Of a stretch of DNA of 64,000 nt, positions 54,653 to 64,000 are shown piece by piece. The notes under the pieces were generated by a model. The model did no database searches. It was not told the DNA's origin and was given only the letters and a program-made list of their open reading frames with translations. The first letter of the stretch is position 1, and each line of letters begins with the position of its first letter. The stretch is from an uncultured delta proteobacterium. Its GTDB lineage: Bacteria; Myxococcota; Myxococcia; Myxococcales; Anaeromyxobacteraceae. The stretch spans positions 128,001 through 192,000 of the forward strand of contig CAWJSR010000010.1 of assembly GCA_963845515.1 (NCBI GenBank), written 5' to 3'. A program made the position numbers and the translations under genes.

Positions 54653-55039
54653 TCACGGCGCCACGGCGACGCAGTCGATCTCGATCCTCGCGCCGCGGGG
54701 GAGCGCGGCGACCTGGACGGTGGCTCGGGCCGGAGGCGCCCCACGGAAGTAGGCCCCGTAGATCTCGTTCACCTTCGCGAAGTCTGCGAGGTCGACGAGG
54801 TAGATGGTCGCGCGGACGACTGCGTCGAACGTGACGCCGGCCGCGCCCAGGACGGCGCCGAGGTTCTCCATCACCCGGCGCGTCTGCGCACCGACGTCGC
54901 CGGCGACCAACTCGCCGGTGGCGGGGTCGAGGGGGATCTGCCCGGAGAGCCAGAGAGTTCGCCCGGACGAGGAAGCGATCCCCTGGCTGTAGGGGCCGAT
55001 GGCCTTCGGGGCGCCTGCTGAGGAGAGGACTGTCTTCAT
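54653..55039 (-). CDS. ridA: RidA-family enamine/imine deaminase
   Basis: 'APKAIGPYSQ', 'SGQIP', 'PARATVQVAALP', 'IEID'. Confidence 0.93.
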   Translation of the reverse strand: MKTVLSSAGAPKAIGPYSQGIASSSGRTLWLSGQIPLDPATGELVAGDVGAQTRRVMENLGAVLGAAGVTFDAVVRATIYLVDLADFAKVNEIYGAYFRGAPPARATVQVAALPRGARIEIDCVAVAP

Positions 55040-55048
55040 TGGCGCACT

Positions 55049-57223
55049 CTACACGCGCTCGACGGACTGGACACCCTCCACCCGCTCGATCGACTTCATC
55101 ACGTCCTTGAGCTGCTTCAGGTCCCCCACCGTGACCTCGAACTCGTTGATCGCACGCTCGGGGCCGATGGTCCGGCAGACCGCCTGGATGATGCTGACCC
55201 CGGCGCCGCTGATCACGTTCGAGATGGCTGCGAGCACTCCCGCCCTGTCGTCGGTGATCACCTTCAGCGACGCTGGGCGGCGTACGTCCGGCCGCGCGTC
55301 CCATGAGACGTCGACCCGCCGCTCACGGTCGAGCCCCATCACCTTGTCGCAGGCCGCCGTGTGGACGGTGACGCCGCGGCCGCGGGTGATGAAGCCGATG
55401 ATGGGATCGCCGGGGACCGGGTTGCAGCAGCGACCGAAGCGGACCAGCACGTCCTCGATGCCGCTGATGCGGACCCCCTCGGGGGGGCGCCCGGCAACCT
55501 TGCGGAAGAGCGCGGTGAGGCCGCCCGACGGCGCCGGCTCGGCGCGCGGCTCGGCCAGCTTCTCGGCTGGCACGAGCTGCTGCAGGAGCTGCGAGATGGC
55601 CACCTTCCCGAAGCCGACCGCAGCGATCAGGTCGTCGCCGATCCGGTAGCCGAGGGCGCGGGCCGCCTTGTCGAGCTCACCGTGCTTCTCGAGCTTGTTG
55701 TACGTGAGCCCGAAGCGGCGCAGCTCCTTCTCCGTGATCTCGCGCCCGATCTCCAGCGAGCGGAGGTGCTCCGCCTGGCGGAGGAAGGTCCTGATCCGCG
55801 CCTGCGCCCGGCTCGTCTTCACGAAGGAGAGCCAGTCCTTCGACGGGTGCGAGTGGGGCGACGTCATGATCTCGACGGTGTCCCCGTTCTTCAGCTGGTA
55901 CCGGAGCGGCACCAGCTTGCCGTTCACCTTGGCGCCGACGCAGCGCTCGCCGATCTCGGAGTGGACCTGGTAGGCGAAGTCGATCGGCGTCGAGCCGCGG
56001 GGGAGGCTGCGCAGGTCGCCCTTCGGGGTGAAGACGAAGGTCTCCTCGCTGAAGAGGTCGACCTTCACCGTCTCCAGGAACTCGCGGGGGTCGGAGAGCT
56101 CACGCTGCCACTCCACCAGCCGGCGCAGCCAGCCGAACTGCTTGGCGTCCTGCGGCGAGAGCTCGGCCCCCTTCCCGTCCCCCTTGCCGCGCTCCTTGTA
56201 CGCCCAGTGGGCGGCGACGCCCTTCTCGGCCACCGCGTGCATCTCGCGCGTCCGGATCTGCACCTCGATGCGCTCGCCGTGGGGCCCGATCACCGTGGTG
56301 TGGAGCGACTGGTAGCCGTTCGGCTTCGGGATCGCGACGTAGTCCTTGAACTTCCCGGGGACGGGCTTCCAGAGCGCGTGGACGAGCCCGAGCGACTCGT
56401 AGCACTGCGCCAGATCGTCGACCAGGACGCGGAAGGCGATCAGGTCGTAGACCTGATCGAAGGCGAGCTCCTGCTCCTTCATCTTCTTGGCGAGCGAGAA
56501 GACGTGCTTGATGCGCCCGTAGATCTCGGCCGAGATCCCCGCCTCGTCGAGCCGGGCGCGGAGCAGGTCGATCACCTCCTGTATGAACCTCTCCCGCTCC
56601 TTGACCCGCGACTGGATGCGCGTCGTCAGCGCGGCATACTCGGCGGGGTCGAGGTACTTGAAGGAGAGATCCTCGAGCTCGCTCTTGAGCCAGCCGATGC
56701 CGAGCCGGTTGGCGAGCGGCGCGTAGATGTCCATCGTCTCGCGCGCGATCCGCTCCTGCTTCTCCGCCTTCATGTGGTCGAGCGTCCGCATGTTGTGGAT
56801 GCGGTCCGCGAGCTTCACGAGCAGCACGCGGATGTCCTTCGCCATCGCGACGACCATCTTCCGGAAGTTCTCGGCCTGCTTGTCCTCCTGGGTGTTGGCC
56901 GGGGAGAACTGCGACAGCTTGGTGACGCCGTCCACCAGCTCCGCGATCTCCCCGCCGAAGAGCTCGGCGATCTCCTCCTTTGTGGCGAGGGTGTCCTCGA
57001 TGGTGTCGTGGAGCAGCCCGGTGACGATCGACGCCTCGTCCAGCCGCATGTCGGCCAGGAGACCGGCCACCTCCATCGGGTGGATGAGGTAAGGCTCGCC
57101 CGACTTACGCACCTGGCCCTGATGGACCTTGGCGGAGTAGACGTATGCCTTCTTGATCAGGTCGAGGTCGGGCTCGGGGTGGTAGGCCGAGACTCGGTCG
57201 AGGATGTCGTTGAGGCGCAGCAA
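55049..57223 (-). CDS. rel: Bifunctional (p)ppGpp synthetase/hydrolase
   Basis: HD motif 'LLHDTIED', 'KDYVAIPKPNGYQSLHT', 'EVQIRT', TGS, ZFD and ACT domains; start TTG 57223 or ATG 57247. Confidence 0.96.
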   Translation of the reverse strand: MLRLNDILDRVSAYHPEPDLDLIKKAYVYSAKVHQGQVRKSGEPYLIHPMEVAGLLADMRLDEASIVTGLLHDTIEDTLATKEEIAELFGGEIAELVDGVTKLSQFSPANTQEDKQAENFRKMVVAMAKDIRVLLVKLADRIHNMRTLDHMKAEKQERIARETMDIYAPLANRLGIGWLKSELEDLSFKYLDPAEYAALTTRIQSRVKERERFIQEVIDLLRARLDEAGISAEIYGRIKHVFSLAKKMKEQELAFDQVYDLIAFRVLVDDLAQCYESLGLVHALWKPVPGKFKDYVAIPKPNGYQSLHTTVIGPHGERIEVQIRTREMHAVAEKGVAAHWAYKERGKGDGKGAELSPQDAKQFGWLRRLVEWQRELSDPREFLETVKVDLFSEETFVFTPKGDLRSLPRGSTPIDFAYQVHSEIGERCVGAKVNGKLVPLRYQLKNGDTVEIMTSPHSHPSKDWLSFVKTSRAQARIRTFLRQAEHLRSLEIGREITEKELRRFGLTYNKLEKHGELDKAARALGYRIGDDLIAAVGFGKVAISQLLQQLVPAEKLAEPRAEPAPSGGLTALFRKVAGRPPEGVRISGIEDVLVRFGRCCNPVPGDPIIGFITRGRGVTVHTAACDKVMGLDRERRVDVSWDARPDVRRPASLKVITDDRAGVLAAISNVISGAGVSIIQAVCRTIGPERAINEFEVTVGDLKQLKDVMKSIERVEGVQSVERV

Positions 57224-57408
57224 GGGAGGCGAAAAGGGTAGCTTCATGCGGCGCTCTGCCGCAAGGTGTGGTTCCCCCTTTTCATTGTACCCGGCCCGGC
57301 ACGCGCGCAACCGACCGCCCCTGGCTGGCAGCGGTCCTTCCCCGTTTTCGGTTTAGGATGACCGCCGGCGGGGCGGGGCTGCCACGGTTGAACTGAAGGA
57401 GAGTCTCC

Positions 57409-58629
57409 TTGCTCAAGTGCAAGAGCTGCGGTGGTTCGCTCGACCTGACGATGTCCTCCTGCCCCTCCTGCGGCACCGCCGTGGAGCTGGGACGCCTGAC
57501 CGGCATCCTCGGGATCGTCTGCCGCGCCTGCGACGCCTACAACGAGCCCGGCGCGAAAGCGTGCGCGTCCTGTGGCGCCCCAATCGGCTCCGCTGCCTCG
57601 AAGGCGGCGCCGGCACCCGCCGCTGAGCCACCCACACCACCCGCAACTCCGGAGCCTCCGGCCCCTGGCTCCGCCGTCATCCGGTCCTTCCCGAAGGGCG
57701 GCAGCGCTGCCACCCGGTTCGTCCCAGCCGCCTCGGCGCCCGCCTCATCTCCGTCGGGCGCGCCGGCGGCGACAGTCTTCAAGCCTGGCGCCCCCAGCGC
57801 AGGCGGACCGACCCCCATCCCGCTCCTTCCCCACTGCCCCCGGTGCGGCGCCGAGGCGGGCACCGGACAGTTCTGCGCCAACTGCGGCCAGCAGCTCGGC
57901 GCGCGCGGGACGCAGGTGATGGCCAAGCCGGTTGGTGCCGGCCGGACCGCCACGCAGGTCTTCGGCGCGCTCGCCCCCGGGCGCGCCAAGCTGGTCCTGG
58001 AGCGCGGCGAGGGCTTCGAGGGCGCGACCTTCAGGCTCAACGCCGAGTCGGTCGAGGCCGGACGCTCGAAGGGGGCCGTCCTCTTCCCCGACGACCCCTG
58101 CCTCGCCCCCCACCACGCGACGTTCTTCTACAGGGGCGGCGCGCTCCACGTTCGCGACGAGGGGGCCACCGGCGGCGTCTACCTGAGGCTGCGCGGCCTC
58201 TCGGTCCCGCTCAAGGCAGGGGACATGTTCGTCGTGGGAGACAGGCTGCTCCGCTTCGCCGGCATCCTCCCGCCGGCGCCGCCGCCACCTCCCGACGGAA
58301 CGATCCGGCTCGGTGCGCCGCGCCCCGCAGGGCCCGCCGCCGTGATCGAGGAGTGGCTGGAGGGGGCCGTCGCCGGGCCGGTCTTCGTCCGCGCCGGGCC
58401 GTCGATCACCATCGGGAGGACCGGCTGCGCCGTCAACCTTGGGGACGACACGTTCCTCTCCCAGGCGCACGCCGAGCTGCTGCTGGAGGCCGACGGCGGC
58501 GTGCGGCTGCGCGACCTGGGGTCGTCCAACGGGACCTTCGTGAAGGTCCCCCCGCACGCCGAGCGCGAGCTGCGCGACGGTGACTGCGTGAGGATGGGGC
58601 GCGAGGTCCTGAGGGTCACCGTCGCCTGA
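57409..58629 (+). CDS. Zinc-ribbon / tandem FHA domain protein
   Basis: Six CxxC pairs; two FHA domains, the second with 'GR...LSQAHA...SSNGT'. Confidence 0.85.
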   Translation: MLKCKSCGGSLDLTMSSCPSCGTAVELGRLTGILGIVCRACDAYNEPGAKACASCGAPIGSAASKAAPAPAAEPPTPPATPEPPAPGSAVIRSFPKGGSAATRFVPAASAPASSPSGAPAATVFKPGAPSAGGPTPIPLLPHCPRCGAEAGTGQFCANCGQQLGARGTQVMAKPVGAGRTATQVFGALAPGRAKLVLERGEGFEGATFRLNAESVEAGRSKGAVLFPDDPCLAPHHATFFYRGGALHVRDEGATGGVYLRLRGLSVPLKAGDMFVVGDRLLRFAGILPPAPPPPPDGTIRLGAPRPAGPAAVIEEWLEGAVAGPVFVRAGPSITIGRTGCAVNLGDDTFLSQAHAELLLEADGGVRLRDLGSSNGTFVKVPPHAERELRDGDCVRMGREVLRVTVA

Positions 58630-58640
58630 GGGGAGTCCGA

Positions 58641-58946
58641 ATGGCCATCGTCTTCCTGACCATCACGCCGCTCGGGACCGCCACGCCCAGCGTCTCTTCC
58701 TACGTCGCCGGCGTGGAGCGGATCGTCCGGGCCTCGGGGCTGAAGCACCAACTCACGGCGATGGGGACGCTGATCGAGGGCGACCTCGACGAGATCCTGG
58801 CGGTCGTGCGGAAGATGCACGAGCACCCCTTCACGCAGGGGGCCGTGCGGGTCTCGACCTCGATCAAGATCGACGACCGGCGCGACAAGGTCGCGACGAT
58901 CGAAGGGAAGCTGCGGTCGGTCGAGGAGAAGCTGAAGGGCCCGTAA
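58641..58946 (+). CDS. MTH1187/YkoF-family thiamine-binding protein
   Basis: 'SVSSYVA', 'AMGTLIEG', 'KIDDRRDK'. Confidence 0.88.
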   Translation: MAIVFLTITPLGTATPSVSSYVAGVERIVRASGLKHQLTAMGTLIEGDLDEILAVVRKMHEHPFTQGAVRVSTSIKIDDRRDKVATIEGKLRSVEEKLKGP

Positions 58947-58951
58947 GGCCT

Positions 58952-58995
58952 TCCCCTGTCCCTCACCGAGGGAGAGCGGAGCCAGGGTGAGGGAG
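58952..58995. repeat. REP-like palindromic repeat
   Basis: TCCCCTGTCCCTCACCGAGGGAGAG...CAGGGTGAGGGAG. Confidence 0.75.
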
Positions 58996-59006
58996 CGCCT
59001 ATTCCC

Positions 59007-60636
<1,630 letters not shown>

Positions 60637-60722
60637 GCCGGGCATCTTACACAACCCAGCGGCGGCCCTGTCACGCGCTCGCGTTGACCAGCCCCGGCCG
60701 CGCGGGGTTGAATGGCCCGACC

Positions 60723-61676
60723 ATGGCGAAGACCCTCAAGTGCTCCAGATGCGGCCGCGAGAACGACGCGAGCTTCGCCTTCTGCCTCGACTGCGGGCAG
60801 CCGCTGAGCCCGCCCGCCGCCGCGACCGCACCCGGGCCCCAGGTGTGCGACGCCTGCGGGCGCCCTCTCGACCCCGGCTTCCGCTTCTGCGGCCACTGCG
60901 GCAAGCCAATCGCGCCGCCGGCACCCGCCGCCGCGCCCCAGACCGGACAGACGGCCGCTTCCATCCCAGTGGCCAAGGCGCCGCCGTCGCCCCCGACCTC
61001 CGGCTCACACGCCCCACCGCCGCCCGGGGAGGCCAAGGGGCCGTCGAGCGGCCTCAAGCTCGTGGCCGTTCGGCCCGACGGTGTCTCAGGGCAGGCCCAT
61101 CCGCTCGACCAGCCCGAGCTGCTCTGCGGGCGGACCGAGGGGCAGATCCGCGTCCCGGAGGACGGCACGGTCTCCCCCCGCCACGCGCGCTTCTCGTTCG
61201 ACGGGGGCTGGCTCCGCGTCGAGGACCTCGGGAGCGTCAACGGCACCTTCATCAAGATCCACGCACCGCACCGCGTCGCGGTGGGCGACGAGCTCCGGAT
61301 CGGGCGCCAGCTCCTGCGTCTCGAGCCGCTGCCCCGCCCGGCCGCGCCTGAGGAGGGGGCAGTGCGCGGCTGGGGCGCGCCGGATCCCGGCTGCCGGTTG
61401 AGGCTGGCCCAGCTCCTCGAGGGGGGCGGGCTCGGTGAGATCTTCCCGCTCAAGCCCGGGGAGAACCAGGTCGGGCGCGAGGCAGGTGACCTCGTCTTCC
61501 CGGGCGACCGCTACGTTTCGGGGCGCCACGCGAAGCTGGACGTGAGCGACGCCGAGGTCACGGTGACCGACCTCGGCAGCTCCAACGGAACGTTCGTCAG
61601 GGCGACTGGCGCGACGCACCTGAGCCCCGGCGACCAGATCCTGATCGGCGCGCAGCTCTTCCGCGTGGACGCGTAG
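60723..61676 (+). CDS. Double zinc-ribbon / tandem FHA domain protein
   Basis: Four CxxC pairs; 'GR...VSPRHA...SVNGT' and 'GR...VSGRHA...SSNGT'. Confidence 0.88.
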   Translation: MAKTLKCSRCGRENDASFAFCLDCGQPLSPPAAATAPGPQVCDACGRPLDPGFRFCGHCGKPIAPPAPAAAPQTGQTAASIPVAKAPPSPPTSGSHAPPPPGEAKGPSSGLKLVAVRPDGVSGQAHPLDQPELLCGRTEGQIRVPEDGTVSPRHARFSFDGGWLRVEDLGSVNGTFIKIHAPHRVAVGDELRIGRQLLRLEPLPRPAAPEEGAVRGWGAPDPGCRLRLAQLLEGGGLGEIFPLKPGENQVGREAGDLVFPGDRYVSGRHAKLDVSDAEVTVTDLGSSNGTFVRATGATHLSPGDQILIGAQLFRVDA

Positions 61677-61699
61677 ATTGGGCCCCAAGCCGGCGCCTG

Positions 61700-61840
61700 G
61701 ACTCGGAGGCGAGAGCGCCGAGACCGAAGCGAGGCGGGCGCGTGAGGAGGGAGCAGCGGAGGCGTAGTGGTCTACGCCGAGCAGCGCAGCGACGAGCCCG
61801 CCCGCCGCAGCGAGAGGATCGGCGCTCGCAGCCGTGCGCC
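61700..61840. other. Long imperfect nested hairpin (repeat element or structured RNA)
   Basis: Nested pairs GGCGTAG/CTACGCC, GGCGGGC/GCCCGCC, GAGCGCCGA/TCGGCGCTC. Confidence 0.55.
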
Positions 61841-61952
61841 AAAGCCCTGGTGTGCTCCGATGGGGCCGTCATGACCCCACCAGATCGAAGCCCCGAACGA
61901 TTCAACAGCCAGAACGCGACGGACTTCGGGCAGGAGCTCCCACCGGAACCCG

Positions 61953-62075
61953 CCCCCTCTCCTATGTCCTCTCCCCGGCGCCAGCGCGGGGGAGAAGTCG
62001 ATCTTCCTCGGGAAATCGCCGTCAGCCCCTGAGAAGCGATGAATCGTCAGCTCACCGAGGGGGAGGGCCAGGGAG
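61953..62075. repeat. Two degenerate REP-like copies
   Basis: CCCCTCTCC...CCTCTCCCC...GGGGGAGAAG and CTCACCGAGGGGGAGGGCCAGGG. Confidence 0.5.
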
Positions 62076-62197
62076 ACGGAGCGGCACAGACTTACCGTCT
62101 AGCGAACGGGGCGCGCGATCGCCCGCTAACGCGAACGGCCGCAGCCTCCGTGTGGAGGGAGGGGAGCACGCGCAAGGGACGGATCGCGCCCGGGAGC

Positions 62198-62560
62198 CTA
62201 CCCGAAGGACTTCTCTTTCTGTTCCTGCTCTTCCTTGCAGCGGATGCACAGGGTGGTGACGGGGCGGGCCTCGAGCCGCTTGGCCGAGATCTCCTCCTCG
62301 CACTTCTCGCAGATGCCGAACGTACCGTTCTCGATCCGGGCCAGCGCCCCGTCGATCTTCGCGATGAGGAACTTCTCGCGGTCGCGCAGGCGGAAGACCA
62401 TGGACTGGGCGTACTCGCTCGACGCCTGATCGATCTCGTCCGGGAGATCGTCGGTGTCGAAGCTGGACTCCTCGGAGAGGGTCTTCTTGGCCGAGACCAG
62501 GAGCTGGTGCTTCGACTCCTCGAGCAGGGTCTTGTAGCGCTTCAGATCCTTCTTGTTCAA
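62198..62560 (-). CDS. dksA: DksA/TraR C4 zinc-finger protein
   Basis: 'DEIDQA', 'CEKC', 'RLEARP', 'CIRC'. Confidence 0.92.
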   Translation of the reverse strand: MNKKDLKRYKTLLEESKHQLLVSAKKTLSEESSFDTDDLPDEIDQASSEYAQSMVFRLRDREKFLIAKIDGALARIENGTFGICEKCEEEISAKRLEARPVTTLCIRCKEEQEQKEKSFG

Positions 62561-62716
62561 GCGACTCTCCCTTTGTGCCGGAGCCCCCGGGGGCGCCTGA
62601 AAAAAGAGCCGAGAAATTAAAGGGCTGGCCCCCCGATGTCAAGCCAACCTGCCAGGCGCGACGAGGCGGACCACGCCACCTTGCAACGGCGCGTTTTGTG
62701 GCCTAAAGACCGGCAC

Positions 62717-63601
62717 ATGCCCGAGGGGAAGCTGGACCGCGAATTCCTCCGCGCCGCCCTGGCGCTGACCTCACGTGGGGAGGTCGATCGGCTGCTCTTC
62801 GTCTCCGACCACCCGCTCTCGCCCAGCGAGACCCGCGGCCGGCCGATCAAGAAGAAGCTCGTCTACGCCGTCACGAGCGAGGGGCTCGCCCACCAGCTCC
62901 AGGCGAAGAAGTACAGCGCGGTCGTGATCCCCCCGTACGACTACACGCGCATGGAGAAGGTGAAGGTCGCGGTGGTGGCGGCCCAGTCCGCCGGGCTCCT
63001 GCGCGACGGCGACACCGTCCTCGCGCTCTCCGGCCCCGGTCAGGACCGGGTGGTCGACACCCTCGTGAAGGTGGACATCGGCTCCGAGGACCCGGAGGAG
63101 AAGCTCCGCGTGGACCAGCTCGGCCTCCCGCCCGAGTTCAGCTCGCAGGTGGTCGAGTCGCTCATCCACACCGCGATGGAGATCGGGGCCGAGGGTTACG
63201 AGGGGCACGCGGTCGGCACCATCGTCGTCGTCGGCGACTCGACCGCGGTCATGGAGCGGAGCCGCCAGCTCACGCTCAACCCGTTCCAGGGGATCAGCGA
63301 GGCGGAGCGCAACTCGCTCGACCCGCCGATCCGCGACGCGGTCAAGACCTTCTCCGCGCTCGACGGCGCGTTCATCATCCGCGAGGACGGCGTGGTGCTG
63401 GCCGCGGGGCGCTACCTCCTGACGATGTCGCGCGACGTGAAGCTGCCGATGGGCTTGGGGGCGCGCCACAGCGCCGCCGCCTCGATGACGGCCGAGTCCA
63501 AGGCGATCGCCATCACCGTCTCCCAGACCACCGGGACGGTCCGCGTCTTCAAGGAGGGCGAGATCGTCCTGGAGCTGCGCCAGAAGGTCCGTCGCGTCTG
63601 A
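62717..63601 (+). CDS. Diadenylate cyclase (DAC/DisA_N) with N-terminal pyruvate kinase C-terminal-like domain, DacZ-like
   Basis: 'EGYEGHAVGT', 'LDGAF', 'LGARHSAA', 'VSQTTG'; N-terminal 'GLLRDGDTVLALSG...DTL'. Confidence 0.82.
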   Translation: MPEGKLDREFLRAALALTSRGEVDRLLFVSDHPLSPSETRGRPIKKKLVYAVTSEGLAHQLQAKKYSAVVIPPYDYTRMEKVKVAVVAAQSAGLLRDGDTVLALSGPGQDRVVDTLVKVDIGSEDPEEKLRVDQLGLPPEFSSQVVESLIHTAMEIGAEGYEGHAVGTIVVVGDSTAVMERSRQLTLNPFQGISEAERNSLDPPIRDAVKTFSALDGAFIIREDGVVLAAGRYLLTMSRDVKLPMGLGARHSAAASMTAESKAIAITVSQTTGTVRVFKEGEIVLELRQKVRRV

Positions 63602-63638
63602 GAGCTTCGAAGGAATCCCCTCACCTGCCCCGGACCAG

Positions 63639-64000
63639 ATGACCCCGTCACGGCTCAAGCCTGCGCGCGCAGCGCTCCTGCTGGTCGCTGCCACGATCCT
63701 CCTGCACCTCCTCTACGCCGGCTTCGTCGGGCTCTCCCCGCAGGAGGCCTACTACTGGAGCTGGAGCCGCCGGCTCGCGCTCTCCTACTACGACCACCCC
63801 CCGCTCGCCTCCTGGACGATCCGGCTGACCACCGCCCTCCTCGGCGAGACGGAGCGTGGGATCCGCCTGGCGGCGGCGCTCCACGGCGCCATCTTCGCGG
63901 CCTTCCTGTTCCTCGCAGGCAGGCGGCTCTTCGGCGAGCGGGCGGCGCTGCTGGCCCTCGTCTTCGCGCTGCTCGCCCCGATCACGGGGCTCGGGCAGGT
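63639..64000 (+). CDS. GT39/ArnT-like GT-C glycosyltransferase (3'-truncated by the window edge)
   Basis: Manual translation from ATG 63639 gives 'SPQEAYYWSWSRRLALSYYDHPP'. Confidence 0.85.
   Translation, partial: MTPSRLKPARAALLLVAATILLHLLYAGFVGLSPQEAYYWSWSRRLALSYYDHPPLASWTIRLTTALLGETERGIRLAAALHGAIFAAFLFLAGRRLFGERAALLALVFALLAPITGLGQ

Noticed and set aside
61700..61840. 6S RNA
   Set aside because: Shorter than typical, lacks the usual zapA-ygfA context, and cannot be supported without a covariance search

Overview
Very GC-rich bacterial chromosomal window, roughly 70-75% GC by eye. Gene content points to an Anaeromyxobacter-like member of Myxococcota: an AgmX/GltJ-like protein, zinc-ribbon/FHA proteins beside a Hanks kinase, and a PilZ gene inside queA-tgt-yajC-secDF. 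This taxonomy is inference. About 55 genes are recognisable: a MoxR/DUF58 cluster, cutA, cheW-MCP, a SNF2 helicase, a glpA-glpB-Fe/S-lipid kinase operon, aspS, argG, a phosphate region, vapBC, recJ, queA-tgt-yajC-secDF, a repeat-containing cytochrome c lipoprotein, spoIID, dedA, kamA, ridA, rel, Pkn/FHA genes, dksA, a diadenylate cyclase and a GT-C glycosyltransferase. Roughly 20 single-base frameshifts, including one in aspS, suggest uncorrected long-read indels rather than pseudogenes. The best candidate for an undescribed system is an ~11 kb phosphate-starvation island (24.7-35.8 kb). It holds a PhoB-like regulator, a phosphate porin, PstS, PsiE and a PAP2 phosphatase around a 7-gene operon: GT21 glucosyltransferase, GT-B glycosyltransferase, GNAT, PlsC-like acyltransferase, agmatinase, CBS histidine kinase and receiver. 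11-bp-periodic Pho-box-like repeats sit at the promoters, consistent with synthesis of a phosphorus-free glyco-aminolipid. The second highlight is a lipoprotein with two monoheme cytochrome c domains separated by six thrombospondin-type 45-aa repeats. No CRISPR array, rRNA, tRNA or transposase was seen.
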